From the NCBI RefSeq assembly GCF_963921235.1, contig NC_086108.1, forward strand, positions 17,236,001-17,300,000: DNA of 64,000 bases. Direction: 5' to 3'. Origin of the DNA: Mobula hypostoma. Its lineage: Eukaryota. The notes beneath the pieces were generated by a model. It had not been told where the DNA came from and ran no database searches. It saw only the letters and a list, made by a program, of their open reading frames with translations. This document shows positions 25,302-38,033 of this stretch, piece by piece. The position numbers and the translations under genes are program-made. Positions within the stretch are counted from its first letter, which is position 1. Each line of letters starts with the position of its first letter.

Positions 25302-27025
25302 AATGTATTTTAACAACTCCAACACCTCCTCTCCCTTAATCTCAACATGCTCCAGAACATCAATCTCACTCATATTGTCCTCACTGTCATCAAGTTCCCT
25401 CTCTTTGGTGAATACTGAAGAGAAGTATTCATTGAGGACCTCTCTCACTTCCACAGCCTCCAGGCACATCTTCCCATCTTTATCTCTCACTGGTCCTATC
25501 TTCACTTTTGTTCTTCACATAATTGAAGAATGCCTTGGGGCTTTCCTTTACCCTACTCGCCAAGGCCTTCTCATGCCCCCTTCTTGCTCTCCTCAGCCCC
25601 TTCTTAAGCTCCCTTCTTGCTACCCTATATTCCTCAATAGACCCATCTGATCCTTGCTTCCTAAACCTAATGTATGCTGCCTTCTTCCACCTCACTTGTC
25701 ACCCATGGTTCCTTCACCCTACCATTCTTTATCTTCCTCACCGAGACAAATTTATCCCTAACATCCTGCAAGAGATCCCTAAACATTGACCACATGTTCA
25801 TAGTACATTTCCCTGCAAAAACTTCATCCCAATTCACACCCACAAGTTCTAACCTTATAGCCTCATAATTTGCTCTTCCCCAATTAAAAATTTACCTGTC
25901 TTCTCTGATTCTATCCTTTGCCATGATAATGTTAAAGGCCAGGGAGCAGTGGTCACTGTCCCCCAGATGCTCACCCACTGAGAGATCTGTGACCTGACCT
26001 GGTTCGTTATTTAATACTAGATCTAGTATGGCATTCCCCCTAGTCGGCCTGTCAACGTACTGTGACAGGTATCCGTCCCGGATACACTTAACAAACTCTG
26101 CCCCGTCTAAACCATTGAAACGAATCAGATGCCAATCAATATTAGGGAAGTTAAAGTCACCCATGATAACAACCCTGTTATTTTTGCACCTTTCCAAAAT
26201 CTGCCTCCCAATCTGGTCCTCGGTATCTCTGCTGCTACCAGGGGGCCTATAGAATACCCCCAATAGAGTAACTGCTCCCTTCCAGTTCCTGACTTCCACC
26301 CATACTGACTCAAAAGAGGATCCTGCTACATTACCTACCCTTTCTGTAGCTATAATAGTATCCCTGACCAGTAATGCCACCCTCCTCCCCTTTTTCCCCC
26401 TTCTCTATCCCTTTCAATGCACTGAAATCCAGGAATATTGGGAATCCATTCTTGCCCTGGTGCCAACCAAGTCTCTGTAATGGTCACTACATCATAATTC
26501 CATGTATGTATCCAAGCTCTCAGTTCATCATCTTTGTTCCTGATACTTCTTGCACTTTAGCCCTTCTACCTTACTACCTTTACACCCTTTATTCTGTTTC
26601 TCTTTCATCAAAGCCGCTTTATATTTTAGATCTGGCTTTACTCCATGCACTGTACTTGCACTTCCTGCATGACCTTTATCCTCCTCCACCTCACTATCTG
26701 CTCTAACACTCTTGTTTCCCTCCCCCTGCAAATCTAATTTAAACCCCCCAGAGCAGCACTAGCAAACATTCTCATAAGGTTGTTAGTCCCCCTCCAGTTC
26801 AGGTGCAACCGTCCCGTTGGAACGGGTCCCACCCTCCCTGGAACAAGGCCCAATTGTCCAGAAACATGAAGCCCTCCGTCCTCTACCAACTCCTTAGCCA
26901 CGTATTTAGCTGCATTATCTTCCTATTTCTAGCCTCACTAACACGTGGCACGGGGAGCAATCCTGAGATTGCAACCCTGGAGGTCCTGTCCTTCAACTTT
27001 GCACCTAACTCCCTAAATTCTCTTT

Positions 27026-27240
27026 ACTCCTAACCTAATCACAGGACAACTTACAATGAACAATTAACCCAATAACCAGTATATCTTTGCACTGTGGGAG
27101 GAAACCAGAGCACCCAGAGAAAACCCACGCACACATGGGAAGAACGTACAAACTTTCTTACGAAGGATGCTGGAACGGAACTCTAACTCTGACACCTCGA
27201 GCTGTAATAGCGTCGCACTGACTGCTCGCTGCTGTGGTAT
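27026..27240 (-). mobile_element. V-SINE 5' and central portion (split by CR1-B)
   Basis: tgtgggaggaaaccagagcacccagagaaaaccca core, as at 43900-43945 (reverse complement) and 57450-57480. Confidence 0.8.
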
Positions 27241-27469
27241 CCTATGACTTACAGTTTGGAGATTAGTGTCATCACAATTTTGTAAATTCAGCAGTCAAAA
27301 TTTGTGCACCACATGGTCCCACAACCCTTTTATAATAAAGAGTAAGTAGTTCTGTTTGTTGAAGGATAAATATTATCCAGGATACTGGTGGGAGGTCCCT
27401 TCTGTGAGATATTTTTTCAATTTTCTGTGGCCTCTAATGCCAATTTGGTTTAATATTTGTTTTCTTTGG

Positions 27470-28749
27470 AGCAGTGGACACCTGACAGAAATACATAAGA
27501 TTATGTAAGGCACCTCACCCTGACACACCTAGAAAACAAGGACACTTATGTCAGAATGCTGTTTCTGGATTTCAGTTCAGCATTCGACACATTTGTCCCA
27601 CATACCTCGGTGAACAAAATACTTCTCCACTGTGCAACTGGATGTTGGACTTGCAAACAAATAAACCTCATACAGTCATGATGCACAACTATTCCTCCCT
27701 CCCCATCATTCTCAGCACAGGTGACCATCAAGGCTGTGTGCTGAGCTCACTACTGTATACTCTACTCACACATGACTGCACGGCCAATCATCTGAGTAAT
27801 CACATTGAGAAGTTTGCTGATAACACGACACTGGTGGGGCTCATCACTAGTAACAATAAGATGACCTACAGGGAGGCAGTGGAAGAGCTCAAGGTCTGGC
27901 ACCAGGCAAATGACATCTTCCTCAATATCAACAAGACAAAGGATATGTTTATTGACTTCTGAAGAATTCGCACCACTCACACCCTCTTTACAACAGTGGC
28001 ACAGCAGCGGAAACAGCAATTTCTAACTCCTGGGAGTGCACATCACATACAACCTCTCACAGTCCCAGAACACATACTACACAGTCAAGAAAGCTCATGA
28101 ACACCTTTACTTTCTGAGGAGGCTGAAGGGAGTTGGACTTTACACATCAATGCTCACATCATTCTGTAGATGCACAGTAGAGAGTATCCTAATAAGCTGC
28201 ATTGGTGCTCGGTTTGGAAGCTGCACTGTGGTGGACAGGAAGGCTCTACAATGGGTAGTGAAAATTGGCCAATACATCACTGGCTCAGGCTTCCCCACAA
28301 TCAAGGACATATATTCAGAAAGGTGCTAGAAAAGGGCCCATGAAGGATCCCACCCACCCTGCTAGTGGACAGTTTGTCCCACTCTTATCAGGGAGGAGGC
28401 TATGTAGAATCCATGCCAGGATCACCAGACTGAAAAACTGTTATTTTCCCCAATCTGTAAGGCAGATCAACACCTCCATCTAGTAATCTACCCCGCCACA
28501 GCCCCCACCGCCTCTACTTCATTATTTCCCATCAGTACAAGCATTTCTGTGCCTAGTATCAGTTTATAGATATGCAATCAATCTGTGTATATAAGGCATC
28601 TTATGTATTTATATTTATTGTGTTTTTTTTATATTGTGTTCTTTATCTTATAATTTTTTTTGTGCTACATTGGATCTGGAGTAACAGTTATTTCATTCTC
28701 CTTTGCACTTGTGTACTGGAAATGACTTTAAACAATCCTGAATCTTGAG
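27470..28749 (+). mobile_element. Rex1/Babar LINE RT fragment with 3' UTR and aatcttg-type tail
   Basis: [45 protein letters not shown] and TRLKNCYFPQ. Confidence 0.9.
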
Positions 28750-28914
28750 ATGGAGTAGAAAATTGGGACTTTTTTCCCAGGGTGGAAATATCTAATACGA
28801 AGGGCAATGCATTTAAAGTGAGAGGAGGGAAGTTCAAAGGGCAAGTTTTTTACTCAGAGAGTGGTAGGTATCTGGAATGCGCTGCCAGACATGATTGTGG
28901 GAATATGATGGATA

Positions 28915-29367
28915 TAGTCATAGTCATAGTCATACTTTATTGATCCCCGGGGGAAATTGGTTTTCATTACAGTTGTGCCATAAATAATAAATAGTAATAA
29001 AACCATAAATAGTTAAATAGTAATATGTAAATTATGCCAGTAAATTATGAAATAAGTCCAGGACCATCCTATTGGCTCAGGGTGTCTGACCCTCCAAGGG
29101 AGGAGTTGTAAAGTTTGATGGCCACAGGCAGGAATGACTTCATATGACGCTCTGTGTTGCATCTTGGTGGAATGAGTCTCTGGCTGAATGTACTCCTGTG
29201 CCCAACCAGTACATTACGTAGTGGATGGGAGACATTGTCCAAGATGGCATGCAACTTAGACAGCATCCTCTTTTCAGACACCACCGTGAGAGAATCCAGT
29301 TCCATCCCCACAACATCACTGGCCTTACGAATGAGTTTGTTGATTCTGTTGGTGTCTGCTACCCTAA
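28915..29367 (-). mobile_element. Young, strongly 5'-truncated Rex1-type LINE with (TGACTA)n tail, inserted in a CR1 3' fragment (28750-29490)
   Basis: Open C-terminus LDNVSHPL..RCNTERHMKSFLPVAIKLYN; (tagtca)3 at 28915-28932. Confidence 0.85.
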
Positions 29368-29614
29368 GTGGCTATTAGATAGGTGCATGAATGTCTAAAG
29401 AATAGAGGGATATGCACATTGTGTAAGCAGGAAGAATTAGTTTAGTATTTAATTAGTTCAGCACAACATTGTGGGCCGATGAGCCTGTAGTGTTTTACCT
29501 CAAATAACATGTCTGAGAACAACACCTTTGAGAATTCAGCTCTTCCCCAGCACTGGATTATGTGGCATGTTGCAAGGCAAGAATAGTTCTCACTGACACA
29601 CAGCACAAGAGCCG

Positions 29615-30080
29615 AAGTCAAAACTGAGTTGATTGTCAGATATACTCTGTGATTGTATGCACAGATGCAATGAAAAATGTACTTAAAATAGCATCACAGG
29701 CTCATTGCTTTGGAGACACAACATTCATAAATAAAACATGAATTAAACATAAATTATACAAGATTGCACACGGAACAAAAACAAAAGTCCTTTGTAGTGA
29801 AATGTAGTCATTGTGTTGCCATACTGAGGATTAAGATTGTGCAGGTTGATTCAAGAACTGAATAACTGGAGGGAAGTACAGTAGCCGTTCTTGAAACTAG
29901 TGGTGTGGGACTTCAGGCTTCAGTATCTCCTGCCCAATGTTAGCCTTGAGGAAATTCCATGTTCCAGATACTAGGAATCTTTGATGATAGATGTTGCCTC
30001 TCTGAGGCAGCGCCAGATGTTGATACTTTTGATGGTGGGGTGGGATGTACCCGTACGTGTGATGTACTGGGCTGTGTCTG
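29615..30080 (-). mobile_element. Old Rex1/Babar 3' fragment
   Basis: ttcttgaa..tggtgtgggacttcaggct motif shared with 1416-1450, 35595-35640 and 59570-59610. Confidence 0.6.
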
Positions 30081-30084
30081 TGTA

Positions 30085-30800
30085 TGTGTCAAAGCTGCTT
30101 GAATTGAGAAGGAAGAGCAGTTGGGTATGAGTAGGCAGAAGAATGGGTTAAAGGGGAAGTGTGAAAATGAGAGTGTGTACAGGAACTGAGTAAGGTATAA
30201 TCTTTTCATAATGTTCCAGAGAGGGTGAAGGTAAAAGTGGGAGAGAGGGAGCATGAGGGAAGAGTCTGGGAATGGAATAAGAAACTGAGGAAAAAGGAAT
30301 TAAAGAACCAAAAAAATCTGCAGGTATTGGAATTATGAAATAAAAGTAGAGAATGGAGAAACAGTTGACATTACAGGCCATCTAGTATTCTGAGGAGAAA
30401 AGGCCCTGAAAAAGGAATTGAAGGAGTGAGGAAGAAGGAGAAGGAGAGAGAACTGGAGAGATACTTGAAATAGGGCATCTGTGGGAGTGAAGGAAGGGAA
30501 TAGATGGGTGTAGAATGGTGGAGAAATAACAGGAAGGAAATAATTAGGAAGAAAGAAAGACGGAAGAGAAGAGGCAGTAGGACTGTAGTACACAAATGGT
30601 AGTGTATTGCCGTGGGTCAGGAGTGGTAAGCAGTAGGAATGAGGGGAAAGAAAGGAAGGAATGGGGGCAGAGTAGAACAAGTGAAAAAGAACAAAAGAGA
30701 GTCTCAACCAAGAAACACTGGATGCAGTAAGCTGACAGCTATTACTAGAGGAAAACAAAGTAAGATGCAGCGAGAACTAGAATATTTGAAAATGAAGGAG
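30085..30800 (+). repeat. Purine (GA)-rich low-complexity tract
   Basis: Strong A/G strand bias; antisense ORFs are F/L/S/P-rich artefacts. Confidence 0.7.
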
Positions 30801-31294
30801 TATTCGGCTCGTAGCATTTGAAGGGGTTGTTCAGCGTGTTCTGAGGAGGACTAGACTTTCCCCCTAGAAAGTGTCTAACTCCATGAAATGAAGCAGGAAA
30901 TCCATATCTAGATTTACTGCTTGATGTGAGATGAAAAAGTGGCAAATGAATGGGCCCAGTCATCTGGAGACATTCATTCATTGCGTGAAATGGAAGTGCC
31001 TTGCTTCTGAAAAGCCTGTTTATTCTATACATACTAATTAGATACTTGTGAGCAGAGATGTATGGTGATGTTGCTATGTAGTTTAAGGGGCAATCCTTCT
31101 TGGCTGGCATCCAGAACCACGACCTCTGTGGGCGGTGCTGGTCAGTCACCAGCTCCTACACACTGCATAGGCAATTGTTATTGAAGGAATATTCCCAGTT
31201 GTGGGACTGCAATGGAGCAGCAAAAAAAGCAGAGTGGGGAGAGTGAAGGAATGCAGCCACTCCAAGAAGATGTCCTGCCCATGATGCCTGTCGA

Positions 31295-33330
31295 GGAGGC
31301 AATGGTGCAATGGTATTATCATTGGATTAATAACCCAGAAACTCAGAGCAAAGTCTTGGGGATAGGACCAATCAAGTGTGACAGTGGAAAAATGTGTATG
31401 GAACCGGAGGAGGTGGCAGAGGTATTAAGTGAATACTTTGCTTCAGTATTCACTACAGAAAAGGATCTTAGTGATGACTTGCAGCGGACTGAAAAGCTTG
31501 AGCATGTACATATTATGGAAAAGGATGTGCTGGAGCTTTTGGAAAGCATCAAGTTGGATAAGTCACCGGGACTAGACAGGATGTACCCCAGGCTACTGTG
31601 GGAAGCGAGGAAGGAGATTGCTGAGCCTCTGGTGATGATCTTTGCATCATCAATGGGGATGGGAGAGGTTCCAGAGGATTGGAGGGTTGCGGTTGTTGTT
31701 CCATTATTTAAGAAAGGGCGTAGAGGTAGCCCATGAAATTATAGACCAGTGAGTCTTACTTCAGTGGTTGGTAAGTAGATGGAGAAGATCCTGAGAGGCA
31801 GGATTTATGAACATTTGGAGAGGCATAATATGATTAGGAATAGTCAGCATGGCTTTGTCAAAGGCAGGTCGTGCCTTATGAGTCTGATTGAATTTTTTTG
31901 AGGATGTGACTAAATCCATTGATGAAGGTGGAGCCGAGGATGTAGTGTATATGGATTTTAGCAAGGCATTTGATAAGGTACCCCATGCAAGGCTTATTGA
32001 GAAAGTAAGGAGGCATGAGATCCAGAACTGGCTTGCCCACAGAAGGCAAAGAGTGGTTGTAGATGGGTCATATTCTGCATGGAGGTCGGTGACCAGTGGT
32101 ATGCCTCAGGGATCTGTTCTGGGACCCCTACTCTTCGTGATTTTTATAAATAAACTAGATGAGGAAGTGGAGGGATGAGTTAGTAAATTTGCTGATGACA
32201 CAAAGGTTGGGGGTGTTGTGGATAGTATGGAGAGCTGTCAGAGGTTACAGCAGGACATTGATAGGATGCAAAACTGGGCTGAGAAGTGGCAGATGGAGTT
32301 CAACCCAGATAAGTGTGAGGTGGTTCATTTTGTTAGGTCAAATATGATGGCAGAATCTAGTATTAATGGCAAGACTCTTGGCAGTGCGGAGGATCAGAGG
32401 GATCTTGGGGTCCGAGTCCATAGGACACTCAAAGCGGCTATTCAGGTTGACTCTGTGGTTAAGAGGGCATACAGTGCATTGGCCTTCATCAATCCTGCGA
32501 TTGAGTTTAAGAGCTGAGAGGTAATGTTGCAGCTATATAGGACCCTGGTCAAACCCCACTTGGAGCACTGTGCTCAATTCTGTTCAGCTCCTGACAGGGA
32601 GGACATGGAAACCGCTGAAAGGTTGGAAAGGAGATCTACAAGGATGTTGCCTGGATTGGTGAGCATGCCTTATATAGGTTGAGTGAAGTCAGCCTTTTCT
32701 CCTTGGAGCGACGGATGGTGAGAGGTGACCTGATAGAGGGGTACAAGATAATGAGAGGCATTGATTGTGTGGATAGTCAGAGGCTTTCTCCCAGGGCTGA
32801 AATGGCTAGCACGAGAGGGCATAGTTTTAAGGTGCTTGGAAGTAGGTACAGAGGGGATGTCAGGGGTAAGTTTTTTGTGCAGAGAGTGGTGAGTGCGTGG
32901 AATGAGCTGCCGGTGGCGGTGATGGAGGCGGAAATGATAGGGTCTTTTAAGAGACTCCTGGATGGGTACATGGAGCTCAGAAAAATAGGGTGCTATGGGT
33001 AAGGCTAGGTAGTTCAAAGGTAAGTACATGTTCGGCACAGCTTTGTGGGCTGATGGGCGTGTATTGTGCTGTAGGTTTTCTATGTTTCTATGATAGGGTT
33101 CAAATCTCATCACAGCAGCTAGTGAAAAATTCAAATTCTGGGATTCAAAAGGTTTAATGATAGCCATAATCAGCTATTGCAAGGACATATCTGGTTCACT
33201 AATGCTTGACCTGGTCTGGCCTACATGTCTCTGAAATGCCAGCTAACATGGTCTCGCAAGCCAACCTGTTGTAATAAACCACTAAAAAAATACAAGGAAA
33301 TAAACTAGATGGATCGTCCAGAATTGATCC
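31295..33330 (+). mobile_element. tRNA-headed SINE-like repeat (31295-31366 plus 33092-33330) split by a CR1
   Basis: A-box-like tggtgcaatggt at about 31303 and B-box ggttcaaatc at 33097, rejoined across TSD gatagg (31361-31366 / 33092-33097). Confidence 0.6.
31367..33091 (+). mobile_element. CR1 LINE, 5'-truncated, (TTTCTATG)n subfamily
   Basis: [39 protein letters not shown] and TRGHSFK; tail ttttctatgtttctat; 6-bp TSD. Confidence 0.95.
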
Positions 33331-33344
33331 ATGTTTCTAGTATT

Positions 33345-34240
33345 TGTTTATGCCTGCAATTATCCCCTGCCTGAGCAAGGACCTAGACCCATTGGAATTT
33401 GCCTGCTGCTGCAGATGGTCCACAGTGGATGCAGTCTCACTGGCTCTCCACTCTTCTTTGGAACACCTGAACAGCTGCAAGATATATATTGGGCTACATT
33501 TTAACAATTACAGCTTGGCAACAACACCATCATTCGCTCAGTACAAATAACCAAGCTTCAAAACCTAGGCCTCTGTACCTCCATCTACAACTGGATTCTT
33601 GCCTTCTATATTGAGAGTTGGTGTGGGTCGGTAATATCACCTTCTCCTCACTGACTCTTGATAGAGGTGCACCTCAAGGTTTAATGCTTAGCCCTCTGCT
33701 CTATTTTCCCTACACTCATTACTGTGTGGGTAAGCACAGTTCAAATTTGTCGAGCATTGCTGTTGGCAGAATCTCAGATGGCCATGAAGAGGCTTACAGG
33801 AGCAAGATCGATCAGCTGGTTGAATGGTGTCAAACAAACTCACACTCAACATCATCAAGACCAAGGATTTGCTTGTGGACTTTAGGAAGAGGAAGTCGGG
33901 TGAGCACACACCAATCCTCATTCAGAGATCAGCGGTGGAAAGGGTGAGCAGCTTCAGGTTCCTGGGTGGTAACATCTTCAAGGACTTATCCTGGACCAAA
34001 CATATTAATGTAATCACAAAAAAGGCATGCCACCGGCTGTACTTCATCAGGACTTTGAGGAGATTAGATATATCACCAAAGATTCTTACAAATATTTACA
34101 GATGTATGGTGGGAGCAACACAGCCTTTATTTGGAAGCTCCAATGCATAAGGTTGCAAGAGGATGCAGAGGGTTATAGAGTCAGCCAGCTCTTTCATGGG
34201 CAGACCCACCCCAGTCTCAAAAGTATCTTCAAGGTATCGA
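33345..34240 (+). mobile_element. Old Rex1/Babar RT fragment
   Basis: DLDPLEFA..STVDAVSLALH, GAPQGLMLSPLL, KTKDLLVDFRK and RLYFIRTL. Confidence 0.85.
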
Positions 34241-34254
34241 GGAACAGAAGGACT

Positions 34255-35365
34255 TGATGATGGTAGCACAGATCCCTAATAATGATAGCACAGCTAAATA
34301 AGATGGTGAAGAAGGCATATAGGATGCTAGCCTTCATTAGATGGGACATTGAATAAAAGAGCATGGAGATCACAGTTCCACTTCATAAAACTGGCAGGGC
34401 AACAGCTGGAATATTGTGTGCTATTCTGGTTGCCATACTACAGGAAAGATGTGACTACTCTAGAGAGGATGCAGGGGTAATTTAACAGGATGTTGCCTGA
34501 GATGGATCGTTTCAATTATGAAGAGGGATTGAGTGGGCTGGGTTTGTTTTCATTGGAACAGAGGTAGGATCTGATAGAGGTATACAAAATTGTGAGAGGC
34601 ATAGATGAAGTGGGTAATAAGAAACTTTTTCCCAATAGTAAGGTGTCTAAGATCAGAGGTCCTGGGTTTAAAGTGAAGAGTAAGAGGATTTGAGGGGGAA
34701 AAAACTTCAGTCAGAGTATGGTTACAATCTGGACCTTGCTGGCTAGAGGGAGAGACTCACAAAAGTATTTGGAATTACAGAGACATAGAAAACTATCTAT
34801 TGTTGGTAAATGGGATTAGGATGGATGGTTGACAGGGACACTGTGGGCCAAAAAGGCCATTTCTATCCCATGTTAATGTATGATTCCATAGATTTATTCA
34901 GTGATTCAGCCTCTACAACTCTATAGGGTAGCAAATTTCAAAGATTCACAACCCTCTTGAGAGAAGAAATTCTTTGTTGTCTTTTCCTTAAACGGCTAGC
35001 CATTTATTCTGAAACCATGCCTCATCAAGGGGAAATTATCCTCCCATCACTTACCCTCTCAAGCACTTCAGAATTTTGTGTTTCAGTAAGATAACTTTCT
35101 CTTCTGAACTCCTCTGAGTCTAAACTGAATCTCTTTTAAATGTTCCTTAAAGGACAATCAGTTCATCCTAGGAATCAACCAAGTAAACCTTCTCAGAAAT
35201 CTCTAATGCAAATACATCTCTCCTTATATAGATGTAGAGAGGTGCCCAGCAAAGTCCTAAAATGATTTTTAACTGTTGTACTGCAGCCCCTTTGCAATAA
35301 AGTTCAACATTCTAATGGTCTCCTAATTACCTGCTGTTCCTGCACACAACCTGTTAAATTTTTTG
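34255..35365. mobile_element. Two old CR1 3' fragments (+ 34255-34885; - 34890-35365, probably continuing at 36300-36620)
   Basis: ctggaatattgtgtgctattctgg (LEYCV.FW) at 34406; caaagattcacaaccctct at 34939. Confidence 0.65.
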
Positions 35366-35369
35366 TCCT

Positions 35370-36300
35370 GGGTACAAGTTTGGTTATGTACAGTACAATG
35401 AAAATCTTGCGACATCAGAGACACACAGCAATATAAATTATACAAGACAGGGAAATGAGAGTAAAAAATATGCAAAAACAAGACCTTAGTGCAAAGGAAA
35501 AGACAGACAAGTCCATGGTAGTGCAAGAGTTCGTTTGTAGTGAGGTAGGGTAAGAGTTGTGCAGGTCAGTTCCTAATGGATGGAGGAAAGTAGTTATTCA
35601 TGAACCTGGTGGTGTGGGATTTCAGGGTTCTGTACCTTCTGCCCATGGTACTAGTGAGAAAAGGGCATGACCTTGATGATAGATACTGCATTCTTGAGGC
35701 AGCACCTTCTGTAGATGTTGTTAATGGTGGGAGGGCTGTGCCCGAGATAGACACATGTGCCCATGTTCACTACTTTCTGCAGACTTATGCATTCCTATCC
35801 ATTGGATTTGCAGTACAGGCCATGATGTCAGGATGCTTTAAACAGTGCATCTATAGACATTTGTTAGAATACTTGGTGACATGCCAAATCGCACTCAGAT
35901 TCTTAAAATGGAGAGGCACTGGCCTGCCTTCTTCTTGATTCATCTATGTGCTGGACAGGTTATTGAAGATGTTAATGCCCAAGGATTAGAAGCTGCTTTC
36001 TTTCTCCACCTTTGACTTAACAATGAAAGCTGGCACATGTTTTTCCCTGTCTTTAGTCTTTGAGTTTGTTGACATTAAGTGTGAGATTGTGGCACCACTC
36101 AGCCAGATGTTCTAACTCACTCCTGTATGCTGACTCATCATCACCCTTGATTCAGTCAACAATGGTGCCATTGGTGAATTTATAAATGATGTTGGAGTTG
36201 TGCTTAGCCTCACAGTCATGGGTGTAAGGAAAGTAGAGCAGGGAGCAAAGCACATAAGGTCAACGGGGAGGAGATGTTGTTTGACTCATACTAATTGAGG
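35370..36300 (-). mobile_element. Old Rex1/Babar RT and 3' fragment
   Basis: MGRRYRTLKSHTTRFMNNYFP in ORF 35566..35754. Confidence 0.75.
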
Positions 36301-36949
36301 TCCAATATTTCTGTGTTTCATCTATGAAGGTATGCAGACCCTCTGTACAGTGGCATTTTTAAACTATATAAGAATACTCTGTTTTCTAATCATCCTATTA
36401 AAGTGGAAAATCTCACATTTTCTCACATTATACTTCATCTGTCAATTTAATCTTTCCATTCAATATCCTTTTGAAAGTTCTTTGGTTCCTCCCCAGAACA
36501 TGCTATCCCACCTATCGTTATATTGTGGTAAGTATGGATTTAATACTCTCACACCCTCATCTAAGTCATTCATAAATTTTGCATTTAGTTTTAGACCCCA
36601 GCACTGTTTTCTACAGTTACCTGAAAATAAACCATGTATTAGAGACAAGTTGGCAACAAATTTGATCCAAAACTAGAGTGAAAACAATCGAAGGGCAATG
36701 ACTGATGAGAGTATTTGTAATTAAGAGCCTGATTACCGGTGGAGTCGCACAGCTATCTCTTGCTTTTTGTACTACATTGCAATGACTTAGTCCAAACAAT
36801 AGGATCATGGTGTAGATATTTATGAATCATATAAACAAGAAGCTTTAACCTTTGGAGCTGCAGACCCTAGTTTGCAGTTAGGAGTAAGCGTTGTCACTCT
36901 TGTTCAATCCACTCAGACACAATGGTCCAAATGGCTTCTTTATGTGTGA

Positions 36950-37080
36950 ACAACAGGAATTCTGCAGATGCTGGAAATTCAAGCAACATACATCAAAGTT
37001 GCTGGTGAACGCAGCAGGCCAGGCAGCATCTATAGGAAGAGGCGCAGTCGACGTTTCAGGCCGAGACCCTTCGTCAGGAC
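36950..37080 (-). mobile_element. 131-bp PLE-derived retroposon: hammerhead motif plus PLE 3' tail
   Basis: Perfect 13-bp TSD tctttatgtgtga (36937-36949 / 37081-37093); homologous to 50917-51050. Confidence 0.92.
37047..37080 (-). ncRNA. Minimal type I hammerhead ribozyme, intact core
   Basis: Minus strand gtc-CTGACGA-agg-gtctcgg-cct-GAAA-cg-TC-gac; predicted cleavage between 37050 and 37049. Confidence 0.78.
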
Positions 37081-38033
37081 TCTTTATGTGTGATACATTT
37101 TCTATGATTCATTAAATTCCTTGTATCCTGACTCTGCCTAATTCTGGTACATGCTGAGGCACCACCTCCAATGTTGTAACATTAGACCATAAGATATAGG
37201 AGCAGGTCAGAGAAGGTTCACTGGACTAACACTTAGAATAACAGGAATGGGTGAATTTTCTTGAGCGAAAATTGGATAAACTGGGTTTGTATCTACTGGA
37301 TTTGAGGGAAACATGTAAAATCCTGAGAGGTCTTGATATCCTGAGAAGGTGAATACAGTGATGATGTTTCCAAATGTGTGAGAATCTATGGTGAGGAACT
37401 ATTGTTTACAAAGAAGCGATCCACACAAAACTTGTTTATAGTTCAAATACAACTGATAGACTACAGAGAAAGCAAGTTGTTTTGTTTAAAACTGGTGACA
37501 GAATGGGTGGGTTATGGGGTGAGAAAATCGGCAATAAAGATGACAAGATCACTTTGGATTTGAAGTGAGGCAAGCTGTCACACCTAGAGTTGGAAGGCTG
37601 GAGTGGAGACACTCCACAGCAACTAACGCACATCTAATCTCTGAACCAGGCCGACCATCACCAATCCAGAATTTCGCTGACCATCCATTAGTCATCTTGA
37701 CCAACTAATAGTAACGATAAAATTTGTCTCCTAGAATGGGATTACCATCAGACTACCATCTATATTGCCTCTCAGCCACCTTCCACGCCTGCTCCATATA
37801 ATCTGAATGGACTTGCTGGATCCTAGAATATAAATAGAGTTTCAGTCGTACTGGGGAGGAATGTAAATGGCTTAAGTTGGAGTATTCCTGAAGGAAGATG
37901 CCATAGGAAATGGTTGAGGCAGATACAATAACAATTTTTAAAATACAGTTGGACAGGTCCATGGATAGGAAAGGCTTAAGAGGTTTGTGAAGTAAAAGAA
38001 TCAGGATATATATTATATACATTTCTTTGACAT

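Larger units (their letters stand above)
19209..27025 (-). mobile_element. CR1 element B: C-terminal ORF1, decayed ORF2 and 3' UTR; host to two younger insertions
   Basis: ORF1 esterase end (REFRELGAKLK..ISGLLPVPR..DGLHLN..GGLN*) at 26734-27020; APE endonuclease ORF 25892..26380 (YRPP, MGDFN, SDH); RT pieces at 19544-20310 and 20881-21265. Confidence 0.93.

Noticed and set aside
30085..30800. GA-rich tracts (also 53350 and 61025) as coding or triplex-forming elements
   Set aside because: Degenerate, with no long mirror repeats seen; ORFs are compositional artefacts.
31212..31736. 174-aa ATG-initiated ORF as a host gene
   Set aside because: Chance fusion of unique sequence, a SINE head and a CR1 linker, ending in a premature stop.
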